Virus record (IMG/VR): IMGVR_UViG_3300028833_000064
Location: 64,001-128,000 of that record
Direction: 5' to 3' (one strand)
DNA length: 64,000 bases
Origin: a virus
Taxonomy: Duplodnaviria; Caudoviricetes
Part shown: positions 1-8,458 of the stretch, in pieces
Layout of the letters: every line of letters starts with the position of its first letter
How positions within the stretch are numbered: position 1 is the first letter of the stretch
Notes under the pieces: generated by a model
The model's database searches: none
The model's input: only the letters and a program-made list of their open reading frames with translations
Told to the model about the DNA's origin: nothing
Position numbers and translations under genes: made by a program

Positions 1-342
1 GTATGCAAAACCGGCGTTAATCATATTATGGTCGGGCCAGTACATGGCGGTGGGAACCTTGAAGTCTGGAAAATCTGATGTCCGGAATCGGGTCTCCAAG
101 TGTCCGAGGAAGTGGGAACCGGCGATTCGGTACTCTCCGTAGAGGATGCCGTAACCCACGGCCTGGTTGTTGGTCACTGTGAACTCATTGTACGAATACA
201 CGTTGAAGTTGCTGTCTGACTTGAAAAAGTCGGCGACGAATTTCTGATTCCCGTCATAGGACTGATGCCACTGAATACTCTGGGCGTTTGCTGCTGTTGC
301 CATCACAAAGACGGCGATGATTGTGAAAAGAACTTTCTTCAT
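1..342 (-). CDS. Secreted protein, possibly an outer-membrane beta-barrel (DUF5020/Tsx-like); runs off the window edge
   Basis: Not in the ORF track. Manual translation from ATG at 342: MKKVLFTIIAVFVMATAANA-QSIQWHQSYDGNQKFVADFFKSDSNFNVYSYNEF...; Bacteroidota-type signal peptide (ANA-Q) followed by alternating aromatic beta-strand patterns. Confidence 0.6.
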   Translation of the reverse strand, partial: MKKVLFTIIAVFVMATAANAQSIQWHQSYDGNQKFVADFFKSDSNFNVYSYNEFTVTNNQAVGYGILYGEYRIAGSHFLGHLETRFRTSDFPDFKVPTAMYWPDHNMINAGFAY

Positions 343-386
343 TTTTTTGTGTTTTTTGATGTTTGTTATTTTATTTTTTTCGAAAA

Positions 387-638
387 TTATCCGATGTTAT
401 CGACTTCGATTTCTTCTTCCCTAACGAAAGTCACACTTTGACTCTTCACCCAGAGGGGGGCGTCTACATCCTGTTGCAGATGATGTCCGTCCCATTGAAG
501 ACAGTTGTCGAAAGGAAGACCAGGAAGATGGTTGTCAAGCGGGATGATGCAGGGTGTACCTTGTACGATGATGAGTTGACCCTCTATCCATTCGTTGTTC
601 CAACGTTGTGCCTTGAATATTTGAACCTTTATTTTCAT
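387..638 (-). CDS. hypothetical protein
   Basis: ORF; start moved to MKIKVQ at 638, just downstream of the promoter motif at 658-669. Confidence 0.6.
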   Translation of the reverse strand: MKIKVQIFKAQRWNNEWIEGQLIIVQGTPCIIPLDNHLPGLPFDNCLQWDGHHLQQDVDAPLWVKSQSVTFVREEEIEVDNIG

Positions 639-657
639 TTGTCTTTCCTTTCGTTTA

Positions 658-669
658 AAAGATACTATT
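658..669 (-). promoter_or_regulatory. Class II phage promoter motif AATAGTATCTTT
   Basis: One of 11 copies, all intergenic or start-proximal and just upstream of minus-strand starts. Confidence 0.65.
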
Positions 670-705
670 ATTTTTCGAAAGATTAGAATTTTTTTTTTTC
701 TCATT

Positions 706-733
706 GAAGTCCCCATCGTGAGACGGGGACTTC
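706..733. terminator. GC-rich hairpin GAAGTCCCC-ATCGTGAGAC-GGGGACTTC
   Basis: Inverted repeat between genes; its core is shared with the hairpin at 8801-8829. Confidence 0.55.
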
Positions 734-745
734 AGTATAGAGATA

Positions 746-1555
746 TTATTTACATCTACGGCACTTGGTGGTGAGTTCACCGGAACACATCAAGAAGTAG
801 TTATCCCAAGCTTTTACTGCCGGACTGTTAGCGGTACTGGGACCACTCTTGTGTTTGGCGATGGCCTTCAACCACTTGTCCATAGGATGGTTATCACGGT
901 ATTTGTACCACGACTTGGCCATTGCCTCAAGGTTGGCTCTGGTGGGCATCCAACCGATGGTCTTGAGGATGAGTTTGAGTTCGTCATGTACTTGGTCGGC
1001 CAGAGGAACATCATTTATGGGGAAGACGTATTGTTTGTTTTTCAACTGATTTTCTTTACGTCCTTTTCCGAGAAGGGCTGCACCGGCACGATACCTAGGT
1101 ACGTTGTTTTCGTCGTGCAGCAGTTCATGTTCCAAGCAGAACGTCTGAAGCATTCTATAGTTCTCGTTACCAGCTGTGATGTTTGAAATCACAAAGTCTT
1201 CAGTTGTCCAACCAGTTCTGTCTTTGTTGATGGTTTGGATGTACTCCACTTCTTGTTCGGCTGGAATCTTCACGAAGCGTACTGGTACGGTCGTATCGGA
1301 TGGTAGACCACCGTCGTTGACCTTTGTTATGAAACCAACCTTTCGTCCTGCACCATCGGTGATGTTGTTGGTCATAAGATTGACTTCGATGGGCTGGACC
1401 TGTGCCCAGACTTTGTTCTCGGCGTCATATATCTTCTTGATAATACTCCTCACCCTTGCAGGCTTGACCTGACGATTTTGGGGGTTAAAATTGAATTGGT
1501 TCAATTCTTCGGCTGTGCAACGAGCGTCACCACAATATTCAACTTGGATATTCAT
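746..1555 (-). CDS. ParB/Srx-like N-terminal domain protein
   Basis: NPQNR...PIEVN...ITDGAGR resembles the ParB IxDGxHR motif, followed by IQTINKDRTGW. Confidence 0.5.
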   Translation of the reverse strand: MNIQVEYCGDARCTAEELNQFNFNPQNRQVKPARVRSIIKKIYDAENKVWAQVQPIEVNLMTNNITDGAGRKVGFITKVNDGGLPSDTTVPVRFVKIPAEQEVEYIQTINKDRTGWTTEDFVISNITAGNENYRMLQTFCLEHELLHDENNVPRYRAGAALLGKGRKENQLKNKQYVFPINDVPLADQVHDELKLILKTIGWMPTRANLEAMAKSWYKYRDNHPMDKWLKAIAKHKSGPSTANSPAVKAWDNYFLMCSGELTTKCRRCK

Positions 1556-1592
1556 AGGTTCAATTTTTTATTTGTTTTTTTACTTATGTTTA

Positions 1593-1604
1593 AAAGATAC
1601 TATT
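1593..1604 (-). promoter_or_regulatory. Class II promoter motif
   Basis: AATAGTATCTTT about 38 nt upstream of the 1555 start. Confidence 0.65.
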
Positions 1605-1658
1605 TTATTTTTATTTTATTTGAAAATCTTATTTTTTTTTTTGTAAGAATTTTCGAAA

Positions 1659-2063
1659 TTAGTCGATTTTCCCAACCTCAGTCAGAAGTATCTCTGGGTT
1701 CTCATAGGATACTGTGCCTCCCCAGTAGTCAAGTTCCTTCATTTCCATATTGTCGATGTCGAGTTCCACGACACTCAGACGGAATGAGATTGCTTTACGG
1801 CCAGCACCAAATTCACCGATTCTATAAATTTCGAATGGGGGATATTTTTTCCCATCACTCAACAATGCCGGTTTCTCATTGATGATACTCTTGATAATTT
1901 CGACAGCATCCTTTCTTGATTCTATAATATGGGCATCGGCTAATTTTGCCGTATTCCACCACCCGTAGGTAAATGAAAGGAATCCCGTTTCGGTCTCATT
2001 GTTAGCCTTATCATAGACATATACTCTGATGAAGTAAGACTTCTTTGCTCTCTTGTTTCTCAT
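1659..2063 (-). CDS. hypothetical protein
   Basis: ORF on the coding strand with tight spacing. Confidence 0.65.
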   Translation of the reverse strand: MRNKRAKKSYFIRVYVYDKANNETETGFLSFTYGWWNTAKLADAHIIESRKDAVEIIKSIINEKPALLSDGKKYPPFEIYRIGEFGAGRKAISFRLSVVELDIDNMEMKELDYWGGTVSYENPEILLTEVGKID

Positions 2064-2096
2064 GGTTGTTAGTTTTTGTTGTTTCCTTTCTATGTT

Positions 2097-2273
2097 TTAC
2101 ATTAAGTCTTCGTTTGCTTTGACGAGTTCGTTGATGATTTCTTCTTTGGTCTCGAATCCCTCATACCAATATCTTGGTTTGAATGGGAATTCTTCACGAA
2201 GAATGTCCATAAGGTATTCGATGCTATGCTCGTTGAGTTCGTCTCTCAGTGTTTGTTCCTTTATGTTTTCCAT
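2097..2273 (-). CDS. small acidic early protein (58 aa)
   Basis: Manual translation MENIKEQTLRDELNEHSIEYLMDILREEFPFKPRYWYEGFETKEEIINELVKANEDLM; first ORF downstream of a host-type promoter. Confidence 0.65.
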   Translation of the reverse strand: MENIKEQTLRDELNEHSIEYLMDILREEFPFKPRYWYEGFETKEEIINELVKANEDLM

Positions 2274-2283
2274 TTTGTTTCCT

Positions 2284-2453
2284 TTTTAATTTCTGATGCA
2301 AAGATACGAACTTTTTTTGAATTACCAAACTTTTTTTTCAAAAAAATTTTATTTTTTTCGTAACTACTTCATTTAGTGAAACTAAAAAATGAAAATTTTT
2401 TTATTGTTTATAGAAAATCCCTTGTAAAATTGGTTTTTCACAAGGGATTTTTT
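2284..2453 (-). repeat. Terminator + early promoter cassette, copy 1
   Basis: Near-identical to 5257-5426; contains TTTG(2326-2329)-N19-TATCTTTG(2299-2306) and an upstream hairpin at 2414-2453. Confidence 0.85.
2299..2329 (-). promoter_or_regulatory. Bacteroidota primary-sigma promoter (-33 TTTG / -7 TAnnTTTG)
   Basis: Minus strand TTTG gtaattcaaaaaaagttcg TATCTTTG matches the established consensus with a 19-nt spacer. Confidence 0.85.
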
Positions 2454-2494
2454 TGATTTTTGTTGGTTTTTTTGTTTTCGAAAATTTTGATTGT

Positions 2495-2938
2495 TTATTC
2501 ACCCCACGGACTCTCACACCAGTCATCGTCGTGCCACTCCTGTTCCTTGATGGTGAGCATGTCGGTCATGGGGTCGATGTGTCTTCTCCAACCCATTCTG
2601 TCGATATAGTAACCGTCACCCAAGACCTCCAAACAACCGTCGGGATAATTGGGCTGAGGTGATTTCAAACCTTCTGAGACGTTTCCGTTGACGTATCCTT
2701 TGGTGAATCCACGTTCAAGTCTTTCGGGGTGTGCTTGATTGTAGTCGTGGTAGTAACCCTTACGATGACGGTCTTTCTTCTTGGATTTCTTCTTGGACTT
2801 GGGTTTTTCGAAAGTTTCTGAAGTTCCTTTCTGTTCCTCCCATCTTTTCTTCCAATACTCGTGACGGTCGGGAGTGGTGGAGGACTCTTTCTGTTCCCTC
2901 CACCTCTTTGCCCAATATTCGTGTCTGTCGGTTGCCAT
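2495..2938 (-). CDS. hypothetical basic protein with tandem DRHEYWxKRW repeat
   Basis: ORF with two copies of DRHEYW(A/K)KRW(R/E)EQK. Confidence 0.6.
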   Translation of the reverse strand: MATDRHEYWAKRWREQKESSTTPDRHEYWKKRWEEQKGTSETFEKPKSKKKSKKKDRHRKGYYHDYNQAHPERLERGFTKGYVNGNVSEGLKSPQPNYPDGCLEVLGDGYYIDRMGWRRHIDPMTDMLTIKEQEWHDDDWCESPWGE

Positions 2939-2942
2939 AGTC

Positions 2943-3263
2943 TTAATTATTGTATATTGTTAGTGAGTTACTTTCTTTACTAGGTCTGAATGGGACACAC
3001 TCTTCAAGATAGGTTGTTCTTACCACTGTCGTGTAACGGACCACATAGGTGAAAATTGTGTTGACACCACATATTTTGAGAGCCATCTTTCTTGCTGCTT
3101 CGACACTCTTGTACTTCTTTGCAAGTCTTAATTCACTCGTATAGTTTGGTACAACCTTTGATGATTCCGTCCAGAAGTATTCTTCTCCGTCTTTCTTCAA
3201 CTTGATGACGTAGAACTCTTTTGTGACTTTGGTCACGTCTTCATCTTCTCTGTGTGCTTCCAT
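2943..3263 (-). CDS. hypothetical protein
   Basis: ORF; likely start MEAHRE at 3263. Confidence 0.6.
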   Translation of the reverse strand: MEAHREDEDVTKVTKEFYVIKLKKDGEEYFWTESSKVVPNYTSELRLAKKYKSVEAARKMALKICGVNTIFTYVVRYTTVVRTTYLEECVPFRPSKESNSLTIYNN

Positions 3264-3267
3264 AACT

Positions 3268-3468
3268 TTATTTTCTTTTCTTTGATTGTTGTTCGTAAAG
3301 TTCTTCTCTGATGATTGATGTGATGGCAAATATCACCATACTCACAAGTCCGACAATCCTTTCTGTTTTGGTTAGTCCGGCACCGAGTAGTCCAGACATA
3401 CCGACACTGAATGATATGATGATTATCCAAGTCAAGATTGCTTCCCTCTTATCTGCAAACACTTTCAT
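3268..3468 (-). CDS. small membrane protein (2 TM)
   Basis: Two hydrophobic segments. Confidence 0.55.
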   Translation of the reverse strand: MKVFADKREAILTWIIIISFSVGMSGLLGAGLTKTERIVGLVSMVIFAITSIIREELYEQQSKKRK

Positions 3469-3472
3469 CGTT

Positions 3473-3892
3473 TTAGTTCATTACGTTTCCAATGATGACA
3501 ACTTTGTCATAGTTTTCGAAAAGAAATTCGTCCAAGGTGTCGAATCTGCTGCCGACAAACCAACCACCCGGTTCCTCGTAGAAGACATTTCCATATTCTG
3601 TTATGTTTCCGTCATTCTGAAGTAGTCCGAGAGTATCTCCCTCGTAGATTTTATGTCCGGAACAAACCTCTCCGTTGTCGTCTTTGGTGTTGGCGTGATA
3701 ATCGGTGGCATACTCCAATGTATGGATATCGATTTCTTCAATCGAGATTGAACGTCCCTCCGAATCATACTCAGAGCATTGGTCGATACCGTATTTTTGC
3801 TCCTCACCCTTCGGAGTCCACAGTTCGATGAGATATCCGTAAAACCATTGATTGGTTCTAATACTCTTTGCTCTGCAAGTCTGGATTTTCAT
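3473..3892 (-). CDS. YopX family protein
   Basis: RAKS..TNQWFYGYL...KIYEGD...VIIGNV pattern typical of YopX. Confidence 0.7.
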   Translation of the reverse strand: MKIQTCRAKSIRTNQWFYGYLIELWTPKGEEQKYGIDQCSEYDSEGRSISIEEIDIHTLEYATDYHANTKDDNGEVCSGHKIYEGDTLGLLQNDGNITEYGNVFYEEPGGWFVGSRFDTLDEFLFENYDKVVIIGNVMN

Positions 3893-3907
3893 AGGAAGGA
3901 ATCTTTT

Positions 3908-4156
3908 TTATTGTTTCACATAGATGATAACCCTGTCGTCCTCAAATTCTGCATCACACATCATCGCCCAGGCACGATATTCATTGTCCCATTGTTTCAT
4001 TTCGGCGGGGGTTGCATCGCCTTGCACATACCCATCTGCTTCCATACATTCGATGATGTTATTGATGGCGTTTTCCTCGTTTCCTTCTGTTGTGAGTCCA
4101 ACGGGTATTTCTGTGGTCTCACCAAGAGTTCTTTTAAAGATTTCAAGTTGTTTCAT
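3908..4156 (-). CDS. hypothetical protein
   Basis: ORF in operon. Confidence 0.6.
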   Translation of the reverse strand: MKQLEIFKRTLGETTEIPVGLTTEGNEENAINNIIECMEADGYVQGDATPAEMKQWDNEYRAWAMMCDAEFEDDRVIIYVKQ

Positions 4157-4183
4157 TTTCGAAAATTTTTATGTGTTAGTAAC

Positions 4184-5059
4184 TTATTTGTTTGCTGCTG
4201 CACTACGGAGTTTCTCCATAGCTGAATTGTACAGTCTATTCACCGTGTAGATAGTTATTTTGAGCTCTTCGGCAATATCCTTGTCGTTCTTCTCATATTC
4301 CTCACCAATGCCGAATTTCATACATACAATCTTTCTCTCACGAGAAGTGAGTACCGAAAGATAAAGTTGAATCTCTTTATTCTTGTCTTCCTCGACAAGA
4401 TTTTTGTCTGCTCTGTCACCACCGTCGATTGTGTCGGCAAGGGTGGATTCGTTGGTGTTGTTGTTCCCATCAAAACTGATGGGGGTGCTCATCGAGAGGA
4501 TATTTGTTTCAGTTGCAAAGACGGTTGCAACCATCTCTGGAGTAAGACCTGCCATTTTGGCGATGTCTTCGGTTGAGAGTCCGAAAGTGTCTCCGTTGAG
4601 TTTGTCGATGACCTTCCTCACCTTTTGGGCGGCGATGGTCACGTCGTGGCTCCTACGAACCAAGTGACCCTCTGTCTCGATGGCGTCGACGATGGCTTTA
4701 CGGATGTACCACACAGCGTAGGTGTTGAAACGGTTCTGCTTGTAGTAGTCTTCGTGAGCCACGTATGCACGGGCGGCTTCAAGAAGACCCATGTTCCCAT
4801 TCTGGATAAGGTCGTCCAGTTCGAGACCGAGGTGCATGAAGTGGCGTGCTGACTTCACAACCAAAAGGAGATTGTGATTGACAAAGTTGTCGAAACTATT
4901 CTTGCTTTTCCTGGCGAGTTCGACTGCCTCAATCTCTTCTTCACGAGTGAAGGCGGGATACTTACGTATAACGCTAATATATGTGTTATATATGTCACCC
5001 ATCTGCTCGAATGATGAGGCGTTGTTAAGATGTCCGTTATTCAAATTAACTCTTTTCAT
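4184..5059 (-). CDS. RNA polymerase sigma70-family factor (RpoD/RpoS-like, lacking region 1.1)
   Basis: Region 1.2 YISVIRKYPAFTREEE; region 2 NLLLVVKSARHF..LELDDLIQNGNMGLLEAA..RFNTYAVWYIRKAI; region 4 LTSRERKIVCMKFGI..DIAEELKIT. Confidence 0.93.
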   Translation of the reverse strand: MKRVNLNNGHLNNASSFEQMGDIYNTYISVIRKYPAFTREEEIEAVELARKSKNSFDNFVNHNLLLVVKSARHFMHLGLELDDLIQNGNMGLLEAARAYVAHEDYYKQNRFNTYAVWYIRKAIVDAIETEGHLVRRSHDVTIAAQKVRKVIDKLNGDTFGLSTEDIAKMAGLTPEMVATVFATETNILSMSTPISFDGNNNTNESTLADTIDGGDRADKNLVEEDKNKEIQLYLSVLTSRERKIVCMKFGIGEEYEKNDKDIAEELKITIYTVNRLYNSAMEKLRSAAANK

Positions 5060-5085
5060 TTTTTTAAGATTTTAAAAGTTCAACT

Positions 5086-5247
5086 TTATATTATTTCACA
5101 TTCTACATCAATGATGGTCTCGGGGTCGTAGGGAAGTTTTTCACCCGGCATATAGATGGTGTATATTGTCTGGGCTTCAAGTTTCTTTCCCTCTCCTTTG
5201 AGAGCGGCCTTGATGATGATTCCGATGATTCTTAATAAAGTTTTCAT
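5086..5247 (-). CDS. small early protein (53 aa)
   Basis: Manual translation MKTLLRIIGIIIKAALKGEGKELEAQTIYTIYMPGEKLPYDPETIIDVECEII; lies between the host-type promoter and the sigma gene. Confidence 0.6.
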   Translation of the reverse strand: MKTLLRIIGIIIKAALKGEGKKLEAQTIYTIYMPGEKLPYDPETIIDVECEII

Positions 5248-5256
5248 GTTTTTATC

Positions 5257-5426
5257 TTTTTAATTTCTGATGCAAAGATACGAACTTTTTTTGAATTACC
5301 AAACTTTTTTTTCAAAAAAATTTTATTTTTTTCGTAACTGCTTGATTTTGTGTAATAAAAAAATGAAAAAAATTTTAATCAGAATAAAAAATCCCTTGCA
5401 AAATTAGATTTTTACAAAGGATTTTT
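5257..5426 (-). repeat. Terminator + early promoter cassette, copy 2
   Basis: Near-identical to 2284-2453; TATCTTTG at 5273-5280, TTTG at 5300-5303, hairpin at 5387-5426. Confidence 0.85.
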
Positions 5427-5432
5427 TAGAAT

Positions 5433-5846
5433 TTATGCATTGTTGTCGTAGAATATTTCGACCTTATCTCTTTTGTTGTCTTGTGGTTTGATGGTGGCGT
5501 ATCCTATACGTTTCATCTTAACTGGGCACGTAATCCACTTCTCTTTCGTGTCTTTCACATCCGGAACCTCGTCTTCGGTGGGTTTGAAGATGTGTTTAGA
5601 AATCTTTTTTCTTCCATGTTGTACTGGTTCGTACAACCAAGCGAAAGCACTTGAACCGGACCCATAATACGATAGGGCTTTGAAACAACCGGTGACAGAA
5701 GTTGACACACAGACTCTTTTTGTCTTTTCGTCTTCACCCTCGATAGTGTTGTCCGGAACACGTGGATAGAATATGGTGTTATCATCCCACTTTAAAAAAG
5801 ATAAGTGATAGAGTTTCACTGTTTTACTTAGCTTATACCTTCTCAT
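5433..5846 (-). CDS. conserved phage protein, possible ADP-ribosyltransferase-like fold
   Basis: LYHLS...PRVP...RVCVSTS...DTKEKWI gives an H-S-E-like spacing. Confidence 0.4.
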   Translation of the reverse strand: MRRYKLSKTVKLYHLSFLKWDDNTIFYPRVPDNTIEGEDEKTKRVCVSTSVTGCFKALSYYGSGSSAFAWLYEPVQHGRKKISKHIFKPTEDEVPDVKDTKEKWITCPVKMKRIGYATIKPQDNKRDKVEIFYDNNA

Positions 5847-5850
5847 GTTT

Positions 5851-6852
5851 TTAATTTTCGAAAATAACTGAGATTTCTTTCAAACATCTGACGGGTTGTC
5901 CGTTCTTGGTTCCGGGATTCCACTTGGGCATGCTATTGATTACTTGTATTGCTGCATCACCACATCCGGCTCCGATGTCTTGCAGTACCTTGACGCCTGA
6001 AATTGTTCCGTCCTTTTCGACTATTACCGATACGATGACTTCACCCGATATGTTATATTGTCTAGCGAGGGGTGGATACTCGAGATTAGACTTGATGAAC
6101 TTTTTCAAGGCAACCTTCCCTCCGACAAATGTTGGATACTTGTCTGGGTTCTGACAGATTTCGTCTTTCGAAAAAAACGAAGAATCTTTTTCAACAACCA
6201 TAGAGTCTGACGGACTTGTGTATTCCATCTCGATAGAATCACTTTTGGACATCTTTTCTACCATATCCGTTTTGAACCTGTTTTTCTTGTAGATGAAAAA
6301 CTCACCGAGGTAGTACAAGTCACTATTATACATCCATATCTTTTCGAACTTTGACGAAGATAGTTCTATACACGTGTCTGCATCCTCCAAGTATGGGTAT
6401 TCCTTATTGGCAACAGAAGACGGTACCGGAGTTATCAACGAGTATCCAATTTTTATATTTACATCACTTTCAATATTATATGATGTAATAATCAAGTATT
6501 TACGGAACTCTCCGAACTCACCGCTTTCGTCGGACGAGACATAGTTGGCGATAGTTCTGCACATCAACACCGATGGCCGTTTTTCATAATCTATTGTTGA
6601 AAATTTGAATCCGGCATCCTTGGCGAATGATATACTCTTTGTCATAGTGTCGGCGAACTTGTGTTGCAACTCCCTCCAATTATCTTCTGATTTATACCAG
6701 TCGATATTGCCTTGTTCGTATTTACATTTATAGTACTCGTCGAGAAAGTTGATTATAGTTTCCCGTTTCATTTCATCCATGTACTCCTCATTCGTCATAC
6801 ATGACGAACAAAGAATAGAAATAAGCATTGATACTAAAAAAATCCTTTTCAT
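5851..6852 (-). CDS. lipoprotein with C-terminal TonB domain
   Basis: Lipobox ILCSSC; C-terminal PTFVGG..LEYPPLA..ISGEVIVSVIVEKDGTI..GCGDAAIQVINSMPKWNPGTKNGQPV is a classic Bacteroidota TonB CTD. Confidence 0.85.
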   Translation of the reverse strand: MKRIFLVSMLISILCSSCMTNEEYMDEMKRETIINFLDEYYKCKYEQGNIDWYKSEDNWRELQHKFADTMTKSISFAKDAGFKFSTIDYEKRPSVLMCRTIANYVSSDESGEFGEFRKYLIITSYNIESDVNIKIGYSLITPVPSSVANKEYPYLEDADTCIELSSSKFEKIWMYNSDLYYLGEFFIYKKNRFKTDMVEKMSKSDSIEMEYTSPSDSMVVEKDSSFFSKDEICQNPDKYPTFVGGKVALKKFIKSNLEYPPLARQYNISGEVIVSVIVEKDGTISGVKVLQDIGAGCGDAAIQVINSMPKWNPGTKNGQPVRCLKEISVIFEN

Positions 6853-6853
6853 T

Positions 6854-7933
6854 TTATTTTATGTTTAAAGTGATTGACAAACCGACAAAACATTTTACTT
6901 GTTTTCCATTCACCGAACCGGGATTCCACTTGGGCATCGACTCTATAATTTTTTTGAAATTCTCTCCATATCCTCCACAGTCCTTGATGACATTGACGTT
7001 GAAAACCTTTCCGTCCTTGTCGACAAAGAATCCGATATAAATGTCTCCGGACGTTTTCACTTTCGGCTCGATTGACGAACTTTGCTCTTTAAGATATTCA
7101 AACAATGAGTCGAAGTAGTCACCATATTGTGGAGCTTCCTTTATGGACACATACCAGTCTTCTTCTTTGATGAAAGGTTTGAGAGATTCCTCATACTCTT
7201 CCATAGAAAATATCTTTCCACTGATGTCTTCGACTGCTGTCACCGTGAGATTGTTGGTGGAGTCTTTAGTCGTTTGTGTGTTGTCTTGACTATTTCCATC
7301 TCTCCATCCAATATTTAAATCGGTGAAATCCAAATCCAGCATAGACGTTTTATCAGCAAAAATGTATGTACCCAATCGGAGTATAGTTACGGACTTATGA
7401 CAATTACAATTTGAATCTATCCAATTTTCTATTTCCAAATTAGATACTTTGTTTTCAACACAAGTGTCTCTGTATATGTATGGAATATGTTTAAATTTTC
7501 TTTTTTTAAATTCAGCTGCCGGTGTAAGGGATATTATATTGTAACTCACCATAAGTGAGTTTTTACCGTCTGGCGTTAGGTTCTTCATTCTAATTCTTGA
7601 GTGAATTTCAAATTGTATTACTTGACCATATTCGATAACCTTACCACCATCGTCGTGTTTCTCATAATATCCGAGAACTTTTGTTTTGTGGACATAATTA
7701 GAATTTAGGTTGCCGAGGTTTTCGGCCATAGATTTTGCAAAACAGATGTCAGATGTCATCTTCTCAGCAAAGGCTTCCTTTATGTTTACACATCTTCTGG
7801 ATGTGTCCCACCAAATTGGATTTGTGTCGGTGTATCCGTCTATAAATTCCGACATATTTTTGTGACCCTCACCTTCACATGAGACAAGGAATAATGCAGT
7901 CAGAGACAAAAGTATCAAAGATAGTTTTTTCAT
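6854..7933 (-). CDS. lipoprotein with C-terminal TonB domain (paralogue)
   Basis: Start MKKLSL at 7933; lipobox FLVSC; C-terminal GDIYIGFFVDKDGKV..IIESMPKWNPGSVNGKQV. Confidence 0.8.
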   Translation of the reverse strand: MKKLSLILLSLTALFLVSCEGEGHKNMSEFIDGYTDTNPIWWDTSRRCVNIKEAFAEKMTSDICFAKSMAENLGNLNSNYVHKTKVLGYYEKHDDGGKVIEYGQVIQFEIHSRIRMKNLTPDGKNSLMVSYNIISLTPAAEFKKRKFKHIPYIYRDTCVENKVSNLEIENWIDSNCNCHKSVTILRLGTYIFADKTSMLDLDFTDLNIGWRDGNSQDNTQTTKDSTNNLTVTAVEDISGKIFSMEEYEESLKPFIKEEDWYVSIKEAPQYGDYFDSLFEYLKEQSSSIEPKVKTSGDIYIGFFVDKDGKVFNVNVIKDCGGYGENFKKIIESMPKWNPGSVNGKQVKCFVGLSITLNIK

Positions 7934-7944
7934 TTTTTTAGAAT

Positions 7945-8385
7945 CTATTCTCCCCAAATGGTTTCGAAAACTTTTTCGAGGAAAGGTTTGTTAATGTTGT
8001 AGGTTTTATTTTTCAAGATTATTTTAGGATTCTGAATCTCGGTTCCGTCTTCTTTATAGAGCAGTGAATGAATCGTTGACTCCCACGATAAGGGAGTTTT
8101 TTGTGAAAGGTATTGCATCAAGAGGTCAGTCTGGTTTCTCCAGCTATTGTACTCTACGGACCAGTCTCTGTTATTGTCGGCTACGAAGTCGGAGAACTTT
8201 GCTATTCTGATTCTCAATCCATTTTTATTTTTTTCTTCCGGTTGGTGTTTCGAAACAATATCGTCCATCACACCACGGATGATTTCTTTCATCTTTTCTT
8301 CGGCTTCCAATCTTTCCCTTTCGAGAATTTTACATTTGGATGTAATGTCACGGATTTGCTGTCCGAGTTCTTTTAATTTTTCCAT
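7945..8385 (-). CDS. hypothetical protein
   Basis: ORF with N-terminal coiled coil. Confidence 0.6.
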   Translation of the reverse strand: MEKLKELGQQIRDITSKCKILERERLEAEEKMKEIIRGVMDDIVSKHQPEEKNKNGLRIRIAKFSDFVADNNRDWSVEYNSWRNQTDLLMQYLSQKTPLSWESTIHSLLYKEDGTEIQNPKIILKNKTYNINKPFLEKVFETIWGE

Positions 8386-8458
8386 ATTCTATTTGTTTAT
8401 TGTATTGTAGTATCTTTCATCTAAAGACACAACTTTCTATATTTATTAGTAAGTTTCT

